A stretch of 64,000 nt of DNA from a virus. Both the position numbers and the translations under genes were made by a program. The stretch lies in IMG/VR virus record IMGVR_UViG_3300045988_131126, one strand, 5' to 3'. Positions 1-8,601 of this stretch are shown piece after piece; positions within the stretch are counted from its first letter, which is position 1, and each line of letters begins with the position of its first letter. The notes beneath the pieces are model-generated. The model did no database searches. It was given only the letters and a program-made list of their open reading frames with translations, and was not told the DNA's origin.

Positions 1-1
1 A

Positions 2-622
2 AATAAAGTATATTTCGATTTAAATACATCAGTAGATAATGCATTTAAAGATTTATCTAAATCTATTACATCTGAAACTAATATGGATGTAAGACATAAG
101 ATTCTACAATTCCCGAAAATTGCGGAAAAGATCAAAGATAAAAATCCAGAAAAGGCTAAAGCTTTATTAGAATTTATCGATTCTTATGAAGAAGCAAGAA
201 ACTATAACAAATTAATCGAAGCCGTTAAAACTGGGAAACTTAGAGCTAAAAAGATTGAATTAGATAAGTTCGATAATAGAGTTTGTATTCCATATGAAGA
301 TAAATATGCAAAAAGTAATAGAATCGTAGATTCTTTGAGAAAATTACCATTTATCATTTCTAGACATATTGGATGTGATGCTGAAGACTCTAAGAGAATT
401 ATTATTGCTTATGTAAAATATATCGCATTTGCTAAATTAAATATCGAAAAGCTTCCTGATTATTGCTTTATGTATTACTTCGTAAAAAATATTCTTGGAA
501 TGGATAATTACGATCAATCAGTATTTGAAGAGAAATCTTTCTATACTAATATTGAAAAGAATCTTCAGAAATTACTGGATGCTATCCTTTCCATTGAAGA
601 CAATATTATAAATAAGAAATAA
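2..622 (+). CDS. hypothetical protein, 5' end outside the window
   Basis: The frame of track ORF 83..622 stays open (no stop) back to nt 2, so ATG 83 need not be the start. Stop at 620-622. Confidence 0.55.
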   Translation, partial: NKVYFDLNTSVDNAFKDLSKSITSETNMDVRHKILQFPKIAEKIKDKNPEKAKALLEFIDSYEEARNYNKLIEAVKTGKLRAKKIELDKFDNRVCIPYEDKYAKSNRIVDSLRKLPFIISRHIGCDAEDSKRIIIAYVKYIAFAKLNIEKLPDYCFMYYFVKNILGMDNYDQSVFEEKSFYTNIEKNLQKLLDAILSIEDNIINKK

Positions 623-645
623 TTTAAGGAGGCAATTTAATAAAC

Positions 646-1122
646 ATGATTTACAATCACGGAGAGGTAGTTCGCTATGAGGTAAGAGAATTAGCTCAAT
701 TAAGATTACATCTTGGCAATTTCACTGATGACGATCTTAAGACAGAAACTACTTGTATTACTGAAGGGGATAAGGTGTCTTTATTAACAAGGGAGTTTGA
801 TAAAGAACACAAAGAAGTATTCACAATAGTTAGGGGTTTAGTAAAAGAAATTTCAACAAACATGGTTAGATATGGTATGTCTAAACAAGACCAAATGAAA
901 TGTATTTTCATACGTATGGATTGTTCCAAAGACGGAAAATCAGATATACAAGCAATCAAACTATGCGATGTTGTAGAGGTTCATGATATAAATTATGCAT
1001 ATGAAGAAATTAAAACAAAAGAAATAGAAGTTGTTGAATCTAATCCAGAGTGGAATATTGAATCAGGGTCAGATAAAAATATCGCTACTGTAGATTTAAA
1101 AACAAATGTAAAACTTCAATAA
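646..1122 (+). CDS. hypothetical protein
   Basis: 158-aa ORF with AAGGAGG upstream, followed by hairpin terminator 1133..1179. Confidence 0.65.
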   Translation: MIYNHGEVVRYEVRELAQLRLHLGNFTDDDLKTETTCITEGDKVSLLTREFDKEHKEVFTIVRGLVKEISTNMVRYGMSKQDQMKCIFIRMDCSKDGKSDIQAIKLCDVVEVHDINYAYEEIKTKEIEVVESNPEWNIESGSDKNIATVDLKTNVKLQ

Positions 1123-1132
1123 TATTTATTTA

Positions 1133-1179
1133 TTCCATATACTCTATATATAAGAGTATATGGAATATCTTTATTTTTT
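1133..1179 (+). terminator. intrinsic terminator after 646..1122
   Basis: 13-bp stem TTCCATATACTCT/AGAGTATATGGAA followed by TATCTTTATTTTTT. Confidence 0.7.
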
Positions 1180-1257
1180 AATTATATAATATTATAGTGA
1201 TAATAATAAAAAATAAATAAATCCTACGTTAAACTCGTAGGTAGAAAGAAGGAAATT
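1159..1257 (+). promoter_or_regulatory. promoter/5'UTR module (copy A), near-identical to the minus-strand copy at 58056..58153
   Basis: TATGGAATATCTTTATTTTTT-A-ATTATATAATATTATAGTGATA, then an AT-rich spacer, a small stem (CCTACG..CGTAGG) and SD TAGAAAGAAGG. Copy B keeps the same order with a compensatory stem (CCTAG..CTAGG). Confidence 0.5.
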
Positions 1258-1578
1258 ATGACGAACACAGCGCAGACAACTACAATTATCACAGACCTTG
1301 ACACAATCAAATCACTTATGCAACTTGAAGACCTGATCGATCACGATTTCGAGATCTTCGATGAATACAAAAAATACCTTGCAGATGCAGAAATTCGTCA
1401 GAAATTAGACGAATTACTCAATATACAAATCGAGCATCTTGCATTTCATCAGGTATTAATGGATCGATTGACGATAGCAAGCGTAAACACAAAGAAAGCT
1501 TGTATTGAGTATCATCGGGCTGTCATTAATACGATGACATCATGTAAAATGCTTATTGCATTTTACGAAAGAAACTAA
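1258..1578 (+). CDS. hypothetical protein in a moron-like cassette
   Basis: SD GAAAGAAGG sits before the ATG. It has its own upstream module and downstream hairpin. It is visibly richer in G+C and in C/G-ending codons (ACG GCG CAG GAC CTG ATC) than its neighbours. Confidence 0.7.
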   Translation: MTNTAQTTTIITDLDTIKSLMQLEDLIDHDFEIFDEYKKYLADAEIRQKLDELLNIQIEHLAFHQVLMDRLTIASVNTKKACIEYHRAVINTMTSCKMLIAFYERN

Positions 1579-1589
1579 GCAATACATAA

Positions 1590-1616
1590 GTGCAGAGTAG
1601 AATTTCTACTCTGCAC
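1590..1616 (+). terminator. hairpin after the moron-like gene
   Basis: GTGCAGAGTAG-AATTT-CTACTCTGCAC. The T-tract is weak. Confidence 0.5.
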
Positions 1617-1706
1617 TAAATTTCATATTCTCTTTATTTTTTCTACGATACCTGAAAATGTACATCTGGAACATATCATTAAATTGATATGGAGGTGTAT
1701 TCATAT

Positions 1707-2504
1707 ATGAGCAGACCTAATTTTATTAAAGTTGTAGATGAATCTGTATACTTTAAAGGTCCAAATAAGAAGTTTATTTTTTTCGTTCCAGAAAAGTATT
1801 TTGAACGAAATTGTGCTATTGAAGATGGTGAGTATATAGAATTAATTGGTATATTAAATTATACTATAGTAGATAGAGATTCTACTAATTATGCTAAAAA
1901 GATAGGAACTTTTAATTATCCGAGTATGTTTGTAACTAAACCTGGATATGTTGAAAGAGCAAGAAAATTTCAATTGACTAAAGATACAGATCCTCAAGAC
2001 TATAGATTATTAATATATGAAGATAATGATATAGATCAAATAATATCTTCTACAGAAGTACCTCAAGATATTGCTAATGTAGAACAGTTTATCAGATTAT
2101 TCGTATTAACTGGTAATATTCCTAAAACTATCCCTTATGATAAATTACATGAATATTTCTTGGATTCTATTAAATATAATGGAGGTAACTATAAAGTTAC
2201 TGCTCAATTATTTGGTATATTATTATCTGAAACATGTAGATCTAAAGATGATCCTGCTATACCATTTAGATTATCTAAAGAAAAAATAAAAGACCATAAT
2301 ATGCACGCTTATGAGACTATGAGAATTAGTCAAATTCCTAAATTTAATGGTCCATTTAACTCACTTACATCTGAGAACTGGGATGAATCTCTTATTGGTG
2401 CTATGATGAATCCTGATAGTAAAGGTTCTCCTCTTGAGCCTATTATGATGGGTGGTTGGGATAGAATAAATAGACCAACAGACAAAGACGACCAGATATC
2501 ATAA
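1707..2504 (+). CDS. hypothetical protein (upstream neighbour of sheath-like gene)
   Basis: GGAGGTG SD precedes ATG 1707. The track start at 1689 lies inside that SD. Confidence 0.6.
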   Translation: MSRPNFIKVVDESVYFKGPNKKFIFFVPEKYFERNCAIEDGEYIELIGILNYTIVDRDSTNYAKKIGTFNYPSMFVTKPGYVERARKFQLTKDTDPQDYRLLIYEDNDIDQIISSTEVPQDIANVEQFIRLFVLTGNIPKTIPYDKLHEYFLDSIKYNGGNYKVTAQLFGILLSETCRSKDDPAIPFRLSKEKIKDHNMHAYETMRISQIPKFNGPFNSLTSENWDESLIGAMMNPDSKGSPLEPIMMGGWDRINRPTDKDDQIS

Positions 2505-2578
2505 GTATAAACATATCAGTAAATTACATTTAATAAAACTATAAATGTGGTATATAATATGTTAAGGAGGATTCATTA

Positions 2579-4435
2579 ATGAGGCCCGATACAATATTTG
2601 AGTATATAGATCAGTCAAATATAACAAAGACTACCGAAACTCTTGTTACTGCTCCTTACTATCTTTGCTGCTCTTCTGCTGAAAGAGGTCCAGAAGATAT
2701 TAGAGAAGTTGTAGGAACAGATTTTTACAATTTATACGGTAATCATATCTCATTTGTTAAACATGGTCAGCCGCTTGTTCAGGCTGCGCATATTATTGAT
2801 AATGGTGGTAGATTAATTTTCAAGAGACTTGTTGCTGAAGATGCGGCTCTTGCCAATCTTACTGTCATTGCTACAGTTACTAAAAAAGAGGTCGAGAAAA
2901 CTAATGCTGCTGGAAAACCTCTTTATATTGATCCATCTACAAATCAGGAGAGCGAAACTGATGGTGGTGGATGGGCTAAAGCTACAAAGAACGTAGCTAG
3001 TATTAAATACGGAGTTGTTACTGTACCTTCTATGAAAACTATTACTGATGTAGTAGCTCATGTTCAGTTACAGTATAAAGAAGAAACTGACGTATTCCCT
3101 CTGTTCACAGTAACAGATAATGGTAGAGGAAAATCTACTAAGAGATTTAATATTCAGCCAGATTATCAGTTAAGTAAACAGAATTCTTTCGAATTCTATA
3201 CATTTAATGTAATTGCTGATGCTGAAACAAATGCTGAGTATACAAGATTTTCTATTGATCCTAATATTATTTATCTTAAGACAAGTATGTCTCTGACAGA
3301 AAGTTCTAAAGATCTTACACAGCTTGACGCTTATCAGTATGAAGAAGGATCTAATAAATTCATCAAAGCTGTTAGTGAAGCTACTGGAGTAGATGAAGAT
3401 ACACTTAAATCTATTGACATACTGTTTGGATGTGATAGAGCAGGTAAAGCTCTTGACTATATTTCAGTAGATCTTACTAAGTCAGAAGATGAAGCTGAAA
3501 ACGGATATGATCTTGCCGACGCTACAGGTATGATGATCATGTCTGGTGATAATGGTGAGTTTGGAGATAAACCATTCGGAACAGGTGCTTGGACTAAAGA
3601 AGCAGTAAAATTCTTCTCTGGAGAATTTGATGATTCTGTATTTAACCCTAACCAGGTTAATATCGATGCAGTATTCGATGCTAACTATCCATCTGAAGTA
3701 AAGAAAGCTATTCTTGATCTTGCAGAGTTCAGACAGGACTTCTTCTACTTTAGAGATTTTGGTCTTGATAAATATACATATGATCAGTTTAAGATGGCTG
3801 CTAAAGAATTTGACCATTCTAAATTTGCAGCTTCTTACATTACAACATATGATGTTCTGGATCCATATTCCAGAAAGCAGATCAATGTAACTCTGATGTA
3901 TTCTTTAGCAGTTAAAATGATTAATCATTTTAACCTTAGAAGAAATGCACCGTGCGCTGGTATTCAGTACGGATTTACTTTTGATGAAGCTATTAAAGGT
4001 ACAGTTAACTTCTGTCCTAAATTTACACCAAAGGTTGACCAGAAAACAGAGCTTATGGACTTAGGATTAAACTATTGTGGATATATCAATAATCAGTTGG
4101 TACTTGAAACAACTAATACATCTCAGGATCCATATAGCCAGCTCTCTTATATTAATAATATCCTTGCTGTACAGCAGATTATTCATAGAGTTAGAGAGGT
4201 TTGCCCGATTAATAGATATACATTTATTACATCTGATGACCTTGAAACTTATAAGAAAGCTGTTAATAATGCAATTATGCAGTATAAAGAAAACTTCGAT
4301 ACTCTCGAATTTGTTTATGTTGCAGACCCAATTATGAAAGCCAATAAGATCTTTAATGCATCTATTAAAGTTTCATTCAAAGACTTCGTTCAGACTGAAA
4401 TCTTTAAGATTTATGCATTACCGACCCAATCTTGA
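2579..4435 (+). CDS. contractile tail sheath-like protein
   Basis: 618-aa ORF with a strong SD, followed by a ~310-aa ORF, which is the phiKZ-type sheath/tube size pattern. Segments ..ERGPEDIREVVG..FYNLYG and ..DANYPSEVKKAILDLAEFRQDFFYFRDFG resemble conserved sheath blocks (recalled, not searched). Confidence 0.5.
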   Translation: MRPDTIFEYIDQSNITKTTETLVTAPYYLCCSSAERGPEDIREVVGTDFYNLYGNHISFVKHGQPLVQAAHIIDNGGRLIFKRLVAEDAALANLTVIATVTKKEVEKTNAAGKPLYIDPSTNQESETDGGGWAKATKNVASIKYGVVTVPSMKTITDVVAHVQLQYKEETDVFPLFTVTDNGRGKSTKRFNIQPDYQLSKQNSFEFYTFNVIADAETNAEYTRFSIDPNIIYLKTSMSLTESSKDLTQLDAYQYEEGSNKFIKAVSEATGVDEDTLKSIDILFGCDRAGKALDYISVDLTKSEDEAENGYDLADATGMMIMSGDNGEFGDKPFGTGAWTKEAVKFFSGEFDDSVFNPNQVNIDAVFDANYPSEVKKAILDLAEFRQDFFYFRDFGLDKYTYDQFKMAAKEFDHSKFAASYITTYDVLDPYSRKQINVTLMYSLAVKMINHFNLRRNAPCAGIQYGFTFDEAIKGTVNFCPKFTPKVDQKTELMDLGLNYCGYINNQLVLETTNTSQDPYSQLSYINNILAVQQIIHRVREVCPINRYTFITSDDLETYKKAVNNAIMQYKENFDTLEFVYVADPIMKANKIFNASIKVSFKDFVQTEIFKIYALPTQS

Positions 4436-4452
4436 TATAGGAGGTAAGTATA

Positions 4453-5394
4453 ATGGCTAACTTACAAAGTACATTTAATACTTATAGCAAACGTCCTAGA
4501 TCAGTAGCAGAATATACAATGATGAGAGGTGTAACTGACTTTACAAATGCTGCACAGTTCAATGCATATTTGAAGGGTTATCAGCATCTTGTAGTCATTT
4601 CTGTTCCTGAATATCTTAAAGTATTAGGATCTAATGGAAACGCAGATGCTCAGAAACTTCTGGATCTGTTCTGTTATATTCTTGAATACGAGTTTAAAGG
4701 ACTTGATGGTATTGAAGATATTACTGTTGATAATATCGAATTTACTGATGGTATTTCTACAATGAACTCCATGGGTAAAGTTACTCAGCAGTCTGCATCT
4801 GAAATATCTATGAGCTTTACTGAAAAATCTGGTTCAGTTATCACAAAATTCATTGATATGTATATTAGAGGTGTAAGAGATCCTCGTACACAGGCTAAGA
4901 CATATCATGGATTAATCAAAAATGGTATCCTTGCAGCTGGATTTGAAAATGAAGTATTCAACCTTATGTATATCGTAACTGATGAAACTATGCTTGGTCT
5001 TGAAAAAGCATATCTGTTATGTAATGCATGGCCAAATAAAGTTCCATCCAGTATCTACAATGGTACTAAGGGTGAAATTGAAAAAGTTGATATCGAAGTT
5101 ACTATGCAGTGCTTCGTTATCGACGGTGAAGAAGTAGATGCTAGAGCGCTTAAGATGCTTGCATATCTTAATGAAGCTGATGCTGTTAAGAATATGATGG
5201 CAGTTAATGACGGATTTAGTCAGAATGCTAGGGATAGCGTTAACGGATTTAACAATCATTCTGAAAATCAGATCGAACTTGATTCTGGTAAATTCAAATA
5301 TTCTGTATTTGATACAGTTAATTCAAACTTCGGTATTGATGTCGCAAGTACTACATCTTCCGGATCAAATAACAACAACGCTAATGGTGGCTGA
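4453..5394 (+). CDS. tail tube-like protein (tentative, by position and size)
   Basis: 313-aa ORF, SD TAGGAGG, immediately after the sheath-like gene. No motif-level support. Confidence 0.35.
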   Translation: MANLQSTFNTYSKRPRSVAEYTMMRGVTDFTNAAQFNAYLKGYQHLVVISVPEYLKVLGSNGNADAQKLLDLFCYILEYEFKGLDGIEDITVDNIEFTDGISTMNSMGKVTQQSASEISMSFTEKSGSVITKFIDMYIRGVRDPRTQAKTYHGLIKNGILAAGFENEVFNLMYIVTDETMLGLEKAYLLCNAWPNKVPSSIYNGTKGEIEKVDIEVTMQCFVIDGEEVDARALKMLAYLNEADAVKNMMAVNDGFSQNARDSVNGFNNHSENQIELDSGKFKYSVFDTVNSNFGIDVASTTSSGSNNNNANGG

Positions 5395-5407
5395 TAAAAA
5401 AATAAAT

Positions 5408-5441
5408 ATATGGATGTATACCAAATGGTATACATCCATAT
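5408..5441. terminator. bidirectional hairpin between convergent genes
   Basis: 15-bp stem ATATGGATGTATACC-AAAT-GGTATACATCCATAT, with an A-run before and a T-run after. Confidence 0.7.
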
Positions 5442-5446
5442 TTCTT

Positions 5447-7783
5447 TTAATATCCTCCGTATGAATCTCCGACTGCATTTCCGTTAGCAGAAGCTGCAGT
5501 TTTACGTTTATTATATTCAAACTCTGTTTGTCTCTTAAGATTATCTATCTCATCAGCTTTTACATAAGTACTCAATCTTTGTTTCATCATTAACTTCATA
5601 AAGATTGCTTTCTTTTCATTATTAGCTTGATCATTTTCATTATCATATTCGTAATTAGCTATGGTTTCTGTATTAGCACGTACAGTTTCAAGGATATTAT
5701 TAAGATTTGTAATAGATAAGAATAATGGTTGAGGTAATACACATTTAATGTATACTCTTTCTCCATATTCTGCAGCATATAAAGCTGTTATTATTCTACT
5801 GAAGTAATATTCAAGCTTCTCTTGTCTTAGTATACAGTGCCTTAAGAATTTGATATTAGACATTGTAATTTGCGTAGCAAAGTCTGTACTATATCTTGCA
5901 TTTACTAATTCAAGAGGAATACCAGTAGAATTTACACACTGTTCTTCAAATCTATCTAATAATTCTGTATGAGGTTGAATATCTTGACCATTCATTACTT
6001 CCATTTGTACAGGAGCATCTCCAGATTGTCCAACAGGAATAACAAAGTCATTATATCTACCTATAATATTCAATATAGAATTCATATTCTCTACTTGACG
6101 TATATTAAAATTAGATATTTTAATCTGATTAATAACGTTCATAAGAGTCTGAGCTATATTGGTTTCGGTATTCTGTTTTACATAGTATACCCTTCTATCT
6201 TGAGATCTTGTTAAAGATGCTATAGTATCATTAATAGAAATACAACAATACATTTTAGCCGCTATTAAGCAAGATAATATGTCAGATATACCTCTATGTG
6301 TATCAGGATCTTCTTCAAATTTAATATGAGTTACATCTTCTTCTGGTAAGAATGTAACTTTGATATTAGAAGTTGAAGCTCCATTGAAAAGATCATTATA
6401 TTTTAATACTGCATATATTTCACCCGCTAAATCTGGATTAGTATTGATAAATTGCGTATCAATCTGACTAGCTATATTAGATGCTACATATTTTAATAAT
6501 TGGTTTTTATCTTGTTCTGCTTTAAAATCTTGAGAATTTTTAACAGCGTTTCTATCATACATTGTAGAACCATAACCAGAAGAATCATACTGGTTACTAT
6601 ATAAAATAGAATTATCTGTATTTGGATCAAATTCAAAGTAATAATATCCTAAACATATTTCGTCAATATATAATAATACAACGTTTTCAGGCTTTAATGT
6701 TTTTAATACACAACCCGGTGTTTTTACATTATATGAATCGACACTATTATTTATACCAGATTTAATCAAACCGTCTCTAGCACTTTGATCAAAGTCTTTA
6801 GTTGGTAATTCTAATTCATCTGATATAGTTTTATTCAATTTAGTTTTCTTATCGCTAGTATTATTTTTTAATGAATTTGGTAAAGCATCTTCCATTAATG
6901 CCATTTCGTCTATATTATCGCATACAGAGCCAACTTCATTAACTATACTCATAGATTCTCTTAATCTAGTCTGATCATTAACAGCAGACTCAAGAACTCC
7001 AGTATAATTATATGATACATTGATATTATATGTATTTGTAGTAATCTGATTATTTAATTTTAAGTCTTTTGTAGTAATTCCATCTATTCTGATTACTGAT
7101 TCATGTAATCCTCCTGGATTACTAACTGACATGGTTTTAGATTTATCTCTTAAAAGTTTAGCCAAAGCTTTCTTATATGGTGGATGATAAATAAATTCTT
7201 CACCATATTTCATTGTACTATAAGTGGCTTTATCGAATTTTTCTGCTAATTTATATTTCTTTTTAATATTTTCAATACGAGTATTAAATACAACTCTATC
7301 CTCATCATATGTAGATGATACAGTAGCATTAACAAAGTCTTTAGAGAAATTATCTGATGATAATATGGCGTCTCTTTTAGCTTTTAATGCTTCATCAAGC
7401 TTAGGCATATATTTACATACTGTATCTATTTCATTATACAGATCTTTTATATTCTTATTCTGTAAATATATGCCTAATATATTATTTGTAACACCCTCAT
7501 CTCCAAAAGTGTCTTCTATTTTCTTCTGAACTTGTCTATCATTAAGATTCTTAGACAATAATGCTCTTGAATAAAGTTTAGTAAGATTTGGAGCATCTAT
7601 ATCATTATTTCTATTCATGATAGCATCAATATTATCTTCAACTCTGCCAGATACATCGTCCAATTCTTTTTTGGAGGTTCTGGATGAGTTATATGTCTGC
7701 CTGTAGTGGTCGTTCATTCGGTTATTCAATATTTTAGACAGATCGACAATTTTAGAAAAATTAAATCTGTTTCTATTTGCCAT
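5447..7783 (-). CDS. large hypothetical protein
   Basis: 778-aa ORF. Its SD GGGAGG lies 10 nt before the ATG, buried in the 7785..7859 stem. No NTPase, polymerase or nuclease motif recognised. Confidence 0.6.
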   Translation of the reverse strand: MANRNRFNFSKIVDLSKILNNRMNDHYRQTYNSSRTSKKELDDVSGRVEDNIDAIMNRNNDIDAPNLTKLYSRALLSKNLNDRQVQKKIEDTFGDEGVTNNILGIYLQNKNIKDLYNEIDTVCKYMPKLDEALKAKRDAILSSDNFSKDFVNATVSSTYDEDRVVFNTRIENIKKKYKLAEKFDKATYSTMKYGEEFIYHPPYKKALAKLLRDKSKTMSVSNPGGLHESVIRIDGITTKDLKLNNQITTNTYNINVSYNYTGVLESAVNDQTRLRESMSIVNEVGSVCDNIDEMALMEDALPNSLKNNTSDKKTKLNKTISDELELPTKDFDQSARDGLIKSGINNSVDSYNVKTPGCVLKTLKPENVVLLYIDEICLGYYYFEFDPNTDNSILYSNQYDSSGYGSTMYDRNAVKNSQDFKAEQDKNQLLKYVASNIASQIDTQFINTNPDLAGEIYAVLKYNDLFNGASTSNIKVTFLPEEDVTHIKFEEDPDTHRGISDILSCLIAAKMYCCISINDTIASLTRSQDRRVYYVKQNTETNIAQTLMNVINQIKISNFNIRQVENMNSILNIIGRYNDFVIPVGQSGDAPVQMEVMNGQDIQPHTELLDRFEEQCVNSTGIPLELVNARYSTDFATQITMSNIKFLRHCILRQEKLEYYFSRIITALYAAEYGERVYIKCVLPQPLFLSITNLNNILETVRANTETIANYEYDNENDQANNEKKAIFMKLMMKQRLSTYVKADEIDNLKRQTEFEYNKRKTAASANGNAVGDSYGGY

Positions 7784-7784
7784 T

Positions 7785-7859
7785 GGATGGAAACCTCCCT
7801 TACCACGAATTATCTTATTGTTCCAGCGATAATTCTATATGGTAAGGGAGACTCCATCC
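7785..7859 (-). promoter_or_regulatory. three-tier stem-loop filling the whole intergenic gap and sequestering the SD of 5447..7783
   Basis: Paired segments (plus-strand coordinates): GGATGGA (7785-7791) with TCCATCC (7853-7859); CTCCCTTACCA (7795-7805) with TGGTAAGGGAG (7840-7850); GAATTATC (7807-7814) with GATAATTC (7828-7835). Confidence 0.6.
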
Positions 7860-7860
7860 T

Positions 7861-8589
7861 TTATTCTGACAAACTTCTATATCTTAATAAGCATTTAATC
7901 ATTAAATCTTTTGGTTTACTTTTTATAATTTCTACTATAGAAACGTTGCTTCCATCATGTAAATCATATAAAGTTATTGATACTTTATCTTTAGCTGTGA
8001 TTGGATACATGCCGCCATATAATGTAATGATATTATTATCTAAATTAACCATTTCCATTCCATCTCCAGCTTTCATAGATAAACTGTTCGTAATATCCGC
8101 ATTCTGCCTTAAATCATCCAAATGATAGATTAATGTTGGATCATCAAGACTATATGGATTTGAGCCATGTCCTAATAAACGAGCGTTACGAGCTAATTTA
8201 TATAATTTATCACCCACAAACGATTTACCTACCCATAACTTGGAATAACCCATTTGGTCGTACACATTACAATTGCTTATATATCCAAATTCATTTTCTT
8301 TCATCAAAGCTATGATTTCATTTTTATTAAAATATAACGTGTAATCTGAAACTGCATTTCCTTTTTCATCAGACCACGTCCAATGATTAATATCCCCATC
8401 ATTTAATGCGAAATCTATATATTCTATATACGTTACAGATGAAAAATCATCATCTGTTCCGTATACGTTTACTCGTACTATATCTAAAAATTTTTCTACT
8501 GACACAGCAAACCATTTTTTCTTTGTATACTTTACATATTCAAAAATCTTTAAAAAGTTTTCAAGTGATAATCCTACATATTTTCCCAT
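7861..8589 (-). CDS. hypothetical protein downstream of the polymerase fragment
   Basis: 242-aa ORF, SD AAGGAGA. Contains NVYGTDDDF, which only loosely recalls polymerase motif C. Confidence 0.55.
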   Translation of the reverse strand: MGKYVGLSLENFLKIFEYVKYTKKKWFAVSVEKFLDIVRVNVYGTDDDFSSVTYIEYIDFALNDGDINHWTWSDEKGNAVSDYTLYFNKNEIIALMKENEFGYISNCNVYDQMGYSKLWVGKSFVGDKLYKLARNARLLGHGSNPYSLDDPTLIYHLDDLRQNADITNSLSMKAGDGMEMVNLDNNIITLYGGMYPITAKDKVSITLYDLHDGSNVSIVEIIKSKPKDLMIKCLLRYRSLSE

Positions 8590-8601
8590 GGTTTAATCTC
8601 C

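Noticed and set aside
696-959. Antisense or alternate-frame track ORFs nested inside longer genes. Examples: 696..959, 2813..3061, 3482..3817, 4077..4337, 5017..5259, 5207..5464, 5969..6214, 7224..7529, 7706..8125, 8133..8315, 8406..8630, 10788..11009, 11251..11439, 13413..15059 set, 15288..16223 set, 17181..17402, 23276..24740 set, 26790..27957 set, 31099..31729, 36889..37674, 39011..39772, 40044..41853 set, 42284..42628, 43371..43694, 44293..44502, 45558..45764, 45918..46284, 47985..48611, 49230..49493, 53223..53474, 55504..55786, 56265..57190, 61821..62249, 63282..63670
   Set aside because: All lie within better-supported long ORFs. They lack SDs and translate to the I/L/F/S/N-rich low-complexity sequence expected from AT-rich antisense strands.
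5447-7783. C-terminal half of the DNA polymerase, or a portal protein
   Set aside because: There is no KxxxNSxYG or YGDTDS. The portal assignment would rest on size alone, so it is left hypothetical.
7861-8589. Homing endonuclease or intein between polymerase pieces
   Set aside because: There is no LAGLIDADG, HNH, GIY-YIG or intein splice-junction motif. The gene has its own SD and stop.
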